Source: a virus
Direction: 5' to 3' (one strand)
Length of the DNA stretch: 41,235 nucleotides
UHGV virus genome: UHGV-0192012
Part shown: positions 1 through 6,524 of the stretch, piece after piece
How positions within the stretch are numbered: position 1 is the first letter of the stretch
Layout of the letters: each line of letters begins with the position of its first letter
Program-made: the position numbers and the translations under genes
The notes under the pieces: generated by a model
Databases searched by the model: none
What the model saw: the letters and a program-made list of their open reading frames with translations, nothing else
Told to the model about the DNA's origin: nothing

Positions 1-261
1 TTGCCTAACGTAGAAGTGACCTCTACGGGCACTACCGACAGTTCTGGCGGGCATAGCCATAAAATCACAATTAAAGGAAACAACTCGCATGATGGTTCTG
101 GTATTGCATCATCGAGAGATGGAGATCAAGGTAATTACACTACCAGTACTGCTGGAAGCCATTGGCATAACGTCACTGTTTCCGGCTCATTCGGCGGTGG
201 TAAACCACACAACAATTTACCTCCATATCAAACAGTTTATCGGTGGGTCAGAACCGCTTAA
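1..261 (+). other. Silent tail-fibre C-terminal cassette 1B (direct orientation; begins at crossover site 41224 across the circular junction)
   Basis: No RBS or true start. Reads SESELPNVEVT...GGHSHKI...GSHWHNV...GGGKPHNNLPPYQTVYRWVRTA*, homologous to the C-terminus of 40348..41220 (PHNNMMPFEVIYRWKRTA). Confidence 0.9.
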
Positions 262-530
262 GCAGTCCGTTTCCAGCGATAAACAACTTCAAATGGCTGC
301 ATGTTGTTGTGCGGAGTCCCTTTCCCAGACACTCCAATTGTTATCGTATGATTATGCAAACCATCATCTGATGACTTATAAGAAATTTCAGGTTGCCCCT
401 TACCATTGCCCTGTGTATCAAGACTTTCACCACCACTGTTGTGGTCATCAGAGCCATATACTACGTGGTGATGTAATCCGGAGTTGCTACAAGTAGCCTC
501 GTGTTGATGTGGTCCATTTTCACTCTCAGA
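258..530 (-). other. Silent tail-fibre C-terminal cassette 1C (inverted)
   Basis: Manual translation of the minus strand 530->258: SESENGPHQHEATCSNSGLHHHVVYGSDDHNSGGESLDTQGNGKGQPEISYKSSDDGLHNHTITIGVSGKGTPHNNMQPFEVVYRWKRTA*. Begins at TCTGAGAGTGAA and shares the TTAA stop (258-261) with cassette 1B. Confidence 0.92.
519..530 (-). repeat. Shufflon-1 crossover site C (TCTGAGAGTGAA on minus strand)
   Basis: Inverted copy of TCTGAGAG(G/T)GA(A/G) also found at 40954-40965 and 41224-41235. Confidence 0.85.
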
Positions 531-546
531 GAAAAGGAGAAATCTT

Positions 547-1443
547 ATGATAAATAAATGTTTTGAATTTAAGGATTATAACCATAAAAGGTCTGAGCCA
601 AACTACACCACGGTAGCAGACTTTTACCGCTACTGTGACAATCAGAATAATGTATTGAAGTCACTCGCGGACTGTCTGCTTTGGCAACCATCTACTGACT
701 ACACTGTGGGACAGATAGTAAGAGCTCCGGGAATGCCAGTAGGGCATATAGCCAAGTGTACAACTGCCGGAAAATCATCTGAAGAAGAGCCTGCTTGGAC
801 AGATGGCGTGGTAACGGATGGCACAGCAAAATGGAGTGTGTATGATCCAGAAAGTGCAACAGATGACAAAATCACTACAGCCTCAAGCAAGAAGCTGGAT
901 AAGATTGGCGGGGCCATTACAGGACCTATATCCTATGATGGGACCCCTAAGACTGACATTGAACTTGTAAATAAATCTTACGTGTTGGCAGCCATAAAAT
1001 CCGCACTGGACGAAAGAACCAAGGCCATGTACCCGGTCGGATGCTATTTCTATTCCGATGACTCACGGGCTCCATCAGAGTACATTCCAGGGCTCGAGGG
1101 AACGACTTGGGAGCAGACGGCAGCGGGTCGCGTACTCATTGGTGCGGGTACTGCGGATAGCGGTACCGTGTACAATGCAGGTGATAAAGGCGGTGAAGAA
1201 AAGCACCCACTCACCCTTGATGAGTTGCCTAACGTAACAGGTAGTGTCGGCACGCTTGTTACCTGGGGGAACAACAAAAAGCAAAGTGGGTGCCTTTCTT
1301 ACACACAGACAACCACAAAATTCCCGTCGAGCGAAAGTGAGAATTGCTTTGGGGCTATCCTGAGTCTATCGTTTGGTAAAAACCTCGCCCATGAAAACAG
1401 ACCCCCATATAAAGTGGTGTATATTTTCTGTAGAACGGCATAA
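547..1443 (+). CDS. Tail fibre / receptor-binding protein 2 (constant region + expressed cassette 2A from 1213)
   Basis: AAGGAG RBS at 534-539. Paralogous to 40348..41220 (LWQP..Y..GQ motif; YPVG...GRVLIGAG...GDKGGEEKH collar-like motif; terminal ...PPYKVVYIFCRTA). Confidence 0.88.
   Translation: MINKCFEFKDYNHKRSEPNYTTVADFYRYCDNQNNVLKSLADCLLWQPSTDYTVGQIVRAPGMPVGHIAKCTTAGKSSEEEPAWTDGVVTDGTAKWSVYDPESATDDKITTASSKKLDKIGGAITGPISYDGTPKTDIELVNKSYVLAAIKSALDERTKAMYPVGCYFYSDDSRAPSEYIPGLEGTTWEQTAAGRVLIGAGTADSGTVYNAGDKGGEEKHPLTLDELPNVTGSVGTLVTWGNNKKQSGCLSYTQTTTKFPSSESENCFGAILSLSFGKNLAHENRPPYKVVYIFCRTA
1213..1224 (+). repeat. Shufflon-2 crossover site A (ACCCTTGATGAG, expressed locus)
   Basis: CCCTTGATGA recurs at 1444-1453 (+) and 1877-1886 (-). 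Here it lies within ACTCA-CCCTTGA-TGAGT, an inverted repeat around a 7-bp spacer. Confidence 0.88.
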
Positions 1444-1679
1444 CCCTTGATGAACTGGTTTCGCACGGTCACGCTATCCACTTTTACAATGACGATTGGA
1501 ACTCGTCTGACGGGAATGAAGGAAAATATAATCAGCCGGGTATTGTACACGATTCTGTTGACAGAAGCCCTAAAAATACAAATAGGTGGACTGACCTTGT
1601 AGAAAAAACCGGAGGAAACAAACCGTTTAACGTCATGCAGCCATATCAAGTAGTTTATATCTTCAGACGGTCCGTTTAA
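1443..1679 (+). other. Silent tail-fibre C-terminal cassette 2B (direct), starting at crossover site ACCCTTGATGAA
   Basis: Manual translation: TLDELVSHGHAIHFYNDDWNSSDGNEGKYNQPGIVHDSVDRSPKNTNRWTDLVEKTGGNKPFNVMQPYQVVYIFRRSV*. No start codon; the site overlaps the stop of 547..1443. Confidence 0.9.
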
Positions 1680-1887
1680 AGATATAAACAGTCTGATAAG
1701 GTTGCATAGTATTATGAGGTTTGCTTTTACCACTTGCCCCAATATAGTGAGTAAAACTGCCATCAACTGCCGTAGTATTAATATTTACAAGTCCCTGCTT
1801 CCAAACGTTATTATTCCCAGTTGGAACAGCGCAGAAGTTGTCATCTGTATACATCGTATGACTATGCTCAGCGTTTTCATCAAGGGG
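1663..1887 (-). other. Silent tail-fibre C-terminal cassette 2C (inverted), starting at crossover site CCCCTTGATGAA
   Basis: Minus strand 1887->1663: PLDENAEHSHTMYTDDNFCAVPTGNNNVWKQGLVNINTTAVDGSFTHYIGASGKSKPHNTMQPYQTVYIFKRTV*. Includes track ORF 1663..1854. Confidence 0.9.
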
Positions 1888-2039
1888 GAGGATGCTACTG
1901 ACTTATTCCCAGATAATTGACATTTTTATATGTTATTTATGTAGATTTTAGCTAACATTAAGCACGTATAAAGCACACGAAATTTACGGTAGTGTGTGGG
2001 AATACTGCACCTGTGCACTGTGTGTTAAGCACACGTTAT

Positions 2040-3011
2040 TCACACTTTATTGATGGCTTTTCGCAAGTCGGCCAAGGTTTTATGGGTGTAAACGCCTTTT
2101 GTCACTCCGATTCTAGCGTGTCCGAGTATCATCTTAACGGCAGTTTCATTAGCTCCAGACCGGTCTAGTAAGGTAGCCAGTGTGTGCCTGCATTCGTGAG
2201 GCGTATGATGCATTCCAAGCGTTTTCATAACTCGGTCAAAGAGTCTGCGAAACGCGTCATATTTTCCGTATGGGCAGATACAATCTTCTGCTTTTCGTTC
2301 AGCAAGAATATCAAATATTTTATTATGGATGGGTATTTTACGTACTCCTGCCAGAGTCTTACTCTTTTTTATATCTATATACCGCTGCCGGAGATTAATA
2401 TCTTTGGGCGTCAGCGCAAGGTACTCACCAACGCGCATCCCGGTGTATATAAGGATGAGCACATCTTTAACGCCGTCAACCGATTCTACAGCTCTCCACA
2501 GCTTACCTATCTGCCGTGCGGTGAACGGTCTTTTCGTATAGACGGGAACATGTCGGGGCAGCTCTATAAAACAGCTGAGGTTCGTTTCTACAATGCCGTT
2601 TTTTATGGAGTACTTGTAAAGCTGGCTAAGTAGCACACGGCACTTTTTGCGTGTACAGTAGCCGGCTTCGATGCCGTCTATGACATCCTGCAGCTGCTTG
2701 TACGTAATGCGCCGAAATGGCACAGAATGAAGTTGTGCAAGGTGCCTATAGCTGATTTCGTAGGCGGCCCGGGAAGATGGGCTGATGGATTCGAAATGGT
2801 GCAGGCTCCATGAGCGATAGACCGAAGAAAAAGTTACCTCCATTTCTGGTGTGATGCGATTCACGCTGACGAGGAAAGCGAATGCTTCCTCTCTGGTGGG
2901 AAAGTAGCCAAGTGGCTTCTGGCGGCCGTCAATCGTCTTTTTAACAACCCACGGCCTCCGCCGATTTCCTGTAAGCTTGTAAATTGAGCCATAACCATTT
3001 GGCAATCTCAT
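2040..3011 (-). CDS. Tyrosine recombinase, putative shufflon invertase
   Basis: Catalytic motifs TGMRVGE, KSKT, HECRHT, LGH and VYTH are all present. Adjacent to the invertible cassettes and distinct from the attP-linked integrase. Confidence 0.9.
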   Translation of the reverse strand: MRLPNGYGSIYKLTGNRRRPWVVKKTIDGRQKPLGYFPTREEAFAFLVSVNRITPEMEVTFSSVYRSWSLHHFESISPSSRAAYEISYRHLAQLHSVPFRRITYKQLQDVIDGIEAGYCTRKKCRVLLSQLYKYSIKNGIVETNLSCFIELPRHVPVYTKRPFTARQIGKLWRAVESVDGVKDVLILIYTGMRVGEYLALTPKDINLRQRYIDIKKSKTLAGVRKIPIHNKIFDILAERKAEDCICPYGKYDAFRRLFDRVMKTLGMHHTPHECRHTLATLLDRSGANETAVKMILGHARIGVTKGVYTHKTLADLRKAINKV

Positions 3012-3060
3012 AATTCTAAACCTCCTATATGGAGGTTATTTTAATGTATAAGGAGTTGTC

Positions 3061-3549
3061 ATGGACAATGTAATGGATACATTTCGTAATCTGGCGAATG
3101 ACATGGTAATAAAGCTCTTAGCGTCCTCCCTTCTGGTGGCGCTTTTTTACCATGCAGTGCTTTTCGGATTGTTCGGGTGCGTGGTCTTTCTGGACCTCTT
3201 TACGCGGTGGCTGGCGCTCAGCCATCAGCACCTGGTAACGCACAAGCAGGAGGCTACACTTGTAGATTGCTTATATGGGATACCCAGCGCACATAAGGCG
3301 GGCCTTATCAGCTCGTATGTCATGCGTAAGACTTTTTTTAGTAAAATGATTACTTATCTCTTACTCATTATTGGCGCCTCAATCGTGGATTACCTGATAA
3401 AAGGCTCCGGAGGGGGAGTCATGGCGGTGTCTCTGGTAATTACCTATCTCTCAATGACTGAGCTGCTTAGCATTGTTGAAAATTTGGATGAAGCCGGTGT
3501 GTCGGCAATGCACGATCTGATTGATTTGATTAAAGGGAGGCGGATGTAA
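3061..3549 (+). CDS. Phage holin (holin family 4 / toxin-secretion-lysis type)
   Basis: Multiple hydrophobic segments, LDLFT and ELLSIVENL..AGV motifs; directly upstream of the endolysin. Confidence 0.85.
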   Translation: MDNVMDTFRNLANDMVIKLLASSLLVALFYHAVLFGLFGCVVFLDLFTRWLALSHQHLVTHKQEATLVDCLYGIPSAHKAGLISSYVMRKTFFSKMITYLLLIIGASIVDYLIKGSGGGVMAVSLVITYLSMTELLSIVENLDEAGVSAMHDLIDLIKGRRM

Positions 3550-3551
3550 AT

Positions 3552-4127
3552 ATGCATGTAATTGATATCAGTGATTATCAGACTAATATAGATTGGTCTG
3601 AACTTAAAAAACATTGTGAAGGTGTGATTGTAAAGATTTCCGAAGGCTGTACCTTATCACGACTGCACGGTAAGCACATAGCGGCGGCGTCTGCCAGAGG
3701 CATTCCGTGGGGCGTGTATTGCTATACCCATGCTCAGACCGCTGCCAGAGCCAAGCAGGAAGCACAGACGGTCATCCAGGCACTGCGGGCACTTGGGTAT
3801 GGCAAGCCTAAACTGGGTGCGTGGATAGACATAGAAGACAGGAAAGTACTTTCCCTGTCTCCAGAAACTGTGACGGCCTGTGCCTCTGCTTTTATCTCAG
3901 CGCTTAATGGCGCGGGTGTAGAGGCCGGCATTTATGCAAGCCTTTCCACTTACAGAAGTAATCTCAAGATAGGGCTGCTTGCAGACTACGTACCATACTG
4001 GTGCGCTCAGTACTCTTCGAGATGTCGCTTCAAAGATTTTTTCCCACGGAAGAAGCTCCGAGGGTGGCAGTACACTGATGGCTACACCATCAATGGCAAA
4101 AAGTATGACCGAAATGAGTGGTATTGA
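3552..4127 (+). CDS. Endolysin, GH25 muramidase
   Basis: IDISDYQ, KISEG, GVYCY, WIDIE, WCAQY and WQYT motifs; catalytic domain only. Confidence 0.9.
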   Translation: MHVIDISDYQTNIDWSELKKHCEGVIVKISEGCTLSRLHGKHIAAASARGIPWGVYCYTHAQTAARAKQEAQTVIQALRALGYGKPKLGAWIDIEDRKVLSLSPETVTACASAFISALNGAGVEAGIYASLSTYRSNLKIGLLADYVPYWCAQYSSRCRFKDFFPRKKLRGWQYTDGYTINGKKYDRNEWY

Positions 4128-4265
4128 CGAAAAAGGCACTAAAAAAGACGCATTTTTCGCACGCTCCGCGATAAATATGTCATGGAACCAATAAAAATGC
4201 GTCTATGGTGCCTTTTTGTGCAAATTCTCAGTTAAAAATGGATTTTATCAGTTAAAGGAGGCAAA

Positions 4266-4763
4266 ATGTGCAAAAATTCAAAGAAATTATTGCTGATAAC
4301 TGGATTAATGCTTGTCTGCTTGTCTTTGCCGTCTTTGCAGTTACAGTCTGCTACACTTTATACAACCGTTCCCGAGTCGGAGCAGACTATAGTGATGTCA
4401 AAACCACAGTACGAGCGGTTGAAGCAGATAATCAAAGAGCTACAAACCGAGTTAAATCAGCAGGAACAATAATTAACACTGCTACAGCAGAACTCAGCCG
4501 AAGCATCAAGCGAGCTGATAAAAGCACAGAAAGAATTAAACGAGCAGAAAAACGAACTGGAGAAAACCAGAGAATTATTAAAGAGTGCAAAGATGGACTT
4601 GAACGAAGCCGAAAACTCACTAGCGAAGCAGAAGACATCTTTAATGCAGTTGACGAAAGAAATAAAATCTCTGGAACATAAACAAGTAGTCATGCGCCGT
4701 CAGCGGGATGTATATGCCGGCCTTTTGGCCTTGTCCGTGAGCGCGGTAATCGCTCGGAGGTGA
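4266..4763 (+). pseudogene. Overlapping spanin-like ORF interrupted by one in-frame TAA (4470-4472)
   Basis: ATG at 4266 gives a signal-peptide-like N-terminus. After the TAA the same frame stays open to TGA 4761-4763 (coiled coil, then hydrophobic VYAGLLALSVSAVIARR). Confidence 0.6.
4268..4681 (+). CDS. Putative spanin-like protein (N-terminal TM + coiled coil)
   Basis: After endolysin; hydrophobic ACLLVFAVFAVTVCYTLY followed by a charged heptad-rich region; AAGGAGG RBS. Confidence 0.6.
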   Translation: MQKFKEIIADNWINACLLVFAVFAVTVCYTLYNRSRVGADYSDVKTTVRAVEADNQRATNRVKSAGTIINTATAELSRSIKRADKSTERIKRAEKRTGENQRIIKECKDGLERSRKLTSEAEDIFNAVDERNKISGT

Positions 4764-4774
4764 TCCTAATCTAT

Positions 4775-4815
4775 AAAAAAAGGACTATCAGTCATTAGAC
4801 CGGTAGTCCTTTTTT
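4775..4815. terminator. Rho-independent terminator ending the late/lysis operon (bidirectional-looking)
   Basis: AAAAAAGGACTATC...GGTAGTCCTTTTTT stem flanked by A and T tracts. Confidence 0.75.
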
Positions 4816-4939
4816 ATTGCGCGTATTGAGAATAAGGTGACTACGGTTTGACCACACGTTAAGAAAATATATGGCAAAAAGATAAAAGAAAATACAGATA
4901 AACACTGATTTTTCACTGTATAAAAGCCCACCTGATATA

Positions 4940-4995
4940 ACTCAAAATCTGCCGATAGCAATATCGTGTGGGTTCAAGTCCCACCTCCGGCACCA
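4940..4995 (+). tRNA. 3' half of tRNA-Leu(CAA) = attP core (partial, not a functional tRNA here)
   Basis: ACT-CAA-AATC anticodon loop, long variable arm (CGATAGCAATATCG), T-arm GTGGGTTCAAGTCCCAC, acceptor end ...GGCACCA; 5' half absent. Confidence 0.85.
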
Positions 4996-5000
4996 ATGTT

Positions 5001-5043
5001 AAAAGCGCGATGGAATCTGAGAAATCAGACCATCGCGCTTTTT
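5001..5043. terminator. Terminator following the tRNA 3' half (also converges with integrase)
   Basis: AAAAGCGCGATGG...CCATCGCGCTTTTT stem with internal TCTGA-GAAA-TCAGA hairpin. Confidence 0.8.
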
Positions 5044-5128
5044 GTTTTGTGGCTAATGTAAGTCTTCTGATAAGTCTATTTGACTACAGGTTGACTACAG
5101 GTTAGATTTTTACGCTCATTTTCCATTC

Positions 5129-6217
5129 TCATTTGGCTTCTCCCAATGTTCCTGCAACATCGGCAGCTTGTGCATCCATACCCGGAGAAACATGGCTGTA
5201 AGTATCCATTGTCGTAGCAAAAGAGGAATGGCCGAGCCTGTATTGAACAATTTTAAAATTTATCCCCTGCTCTATTAAAAATGTGGCGTGAGTATGTCTG
5301 AAACAATGAAAAGTAAACTCACCAAGTCCTGCCTCACGAAATACTTTTTTAACTGCTCTTGAAACATTATCCGGAGCAAGTGGGGTTAATGCCTGTGAAG
5401 GGAATACCAGGTTACAGGCTTTTGGCTTCCCAAGCTTAAGGCCCAGCTCATTACAGTAAATGCGTTGTGTATGCAGTAAATGAACTAATGCATCGGAGAT
5501 TGTGATAGTACGGCGTGAGCTTTTTGTCTTTGTCGTTGGCGAGATCACCGCGGAGTTTCCCATCAGAGCCAGTACAGTCTGATTTACAGATACGGTTTTA
5601 TGCTTAAAATCGACATCCTGCCAGCGAAGACCAAGAATTTCTGACCGGCGCATACCAGTCTGAAGGGCAAATGTACAAAGTCTTGCAAGCATAGGATCAT
5701 GCAAATGATTGAAGAATTGAATAATTTGCTCCCTGTTTAAAGCTTTCGCTTCCTTCCTGTGCTGTTTTACCCTACGCACCGCAAGCAGTGGGTTAGAAGG
5801 GATAATACCGTCAAAAACAGCCTGCTTAAGTGCAGAGCTTACCACTGTATGAAAGTAATTTACTGTTCTTGGAGATAAGCCTCTATCTAACATTTGTTGC
5901 TGTTTTATCCTGAAAAGTGCAGGAGTTAATTGATCCATAAGCGTCTGCCCGAATGGTGAGACTAAAAGATGTGTATTCAATACCCCGAAGTAGGAACGAT
6001 AAGTATTTTCTGTTATGCTACTACGCATACCGTCTAACCATGCACTGCACCATTCAGCAAGCGTGATTTTTTCGTCAATCAAGGGGAAATCATTAAGTCT
6101 GGAGAGGTAAGTGTCTCGCTTTTCTTCTGCTTCTCTTTTAGTTTTACCGTAGAAGAATTTCCGCTTCCCCGCAACGGTAGCAGAAACGCAATAGCGATTA
6201 TCTTTTCTTTTAGCCAT
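5129..6217 (-). CDS. int: Phage integrase (tyrosine recombinase)
   Basis: N-terminal arm-binding region (KRKFFYGKTKREAEEK), TGMRRSE, TTKT, HCFRHT, LGH, TYSH; adjacent to attP. Confidence 0.95.
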   Translation of the reverse strand: MAKRKDNRYCVSATVAGKRKFFYGKTKREAEEKRDTYLSRLNDFPLIDEKITLAEWCSAWLDGMRSSITENTYRSYFGVLNTHLLVSPFGQTLMDQLTPALFRIKQQQMLDRGLSPRTVNYFHTVVSSALKQAVFDGIIPSNPLLAVRRVKQHRKEAKALNREQIIQFFNHLHDPMLARLCTFALQTGMRRSEILGLRWQDVDFKHKTVSVNQTVLALMGNSAVISPTTKTKSSRRTITISDALVHLLHTQRIYCNELGLKLGKPKACNLVFPSQALTPLAPDNVSRAVKKVFREAGLGEFTFHCFRHTHATFLIEQGINFKIVQYRLGHSSFATTMDTYSHVSPGMDAQAADVAGTLGEAK

Positions 6218-6241
6218 AATAAAAACCTTTCCGGCTGATTA

Positions 6242-6367
6242 TGCTATAATGTAGACGTAATCAGCCTATATAAATAACTTAACAACAGTAGATGATTACA
6301 ACGCTGGAATGTTGGTAGCATTTCGGCAGCGGCTCTGTGCATGTTGGTAGCATGCGCAGGGCCTTTT
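6242..6367 (+). ncRNA. Putative small RNA antisense to the integrase upstream region, with twin ATGTTGGTAGCAT hairpins
   Basis: Extended -10 TGCTATAAT at 6242-6250; 13-bp repeat at 6309-6321 and 6341-6353, each capping a stem; the second stem ends in a T-tract. Confidence 0.45.
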
Positions 6368-6374
6368 AATGTAT

Positions 6375-6469
6375 AAAAAATAGGGCCGACATCATATGAA
6401 GTCAGCCCCGCAAAACAATATTGTTTTTGGTTGTGACTTCATAGTAACCGAAAATATGCATAAAGTCAA
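6375..6469 (-). ncRNA. Putative ~60-nt small RNA with own sigma70 promoter and terminator
   Basis: Minus strand TTGACT (6469-6464), 17 bp, TACTAT (6446-6441); 16-bp palindrome AAAACAATATTGTTTT (6412-6427); GGGCTGAC...GTCGGCCC-TATTTTTT terminator. Confidence 0.5.
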
Positions 6470-6524
6470 GATAAAGGATACCAAGAGTCGATGACCCTCT
6501 CGAATAAGTTCCACGTGCTCTTTA

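Larger units (their letters stand above)
4836..5101. other. attP region with integrase arm-type repeats
   Basis: TTGACTACAGG tandem direct repeat (5080-5090, 5091-5101) and related GTGACTACGGT / TTGACCACACG (4837-4858) flank the tRNA-derived core, immediately downstream of the integrase. Confidence 0.8.

Noticed and set aside
89..496. Track ORFs 89..496, 1299..1766 and 1702..1920 as genes
   Set aside because: They are shadow frames of the silent fibre cassettes, with no RBS or recognisable motifs.
1..1920. Diversity-generating retroelement (template/variable repeats) as the explanation for repeated fibre C-termini
   Set aside because: No reverse transcriptase in the window. Cassettes differ throughout and in length rather than at adenines, and are bounded by recombinase-type sites.
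2040..3011. Second integrase marking a separate inserted element
   Set aside because: No att duplication or cargo. It abuts invertible cassettes, while the attP-linked integrase is 5129..6217.
4470..4472. Genome-wide stop-codon reassignment
   Set aside because: TAA, TAG and TGA all terminate well-defined genes and the long genes are intact in code 11; only this one in-frame stop is seen.
4940..4995. Functional phage-encoded tRNA
   Set aside because: 5' acceptor strand, D-arm and 5' anticodon stem are missing; it is the attP core.
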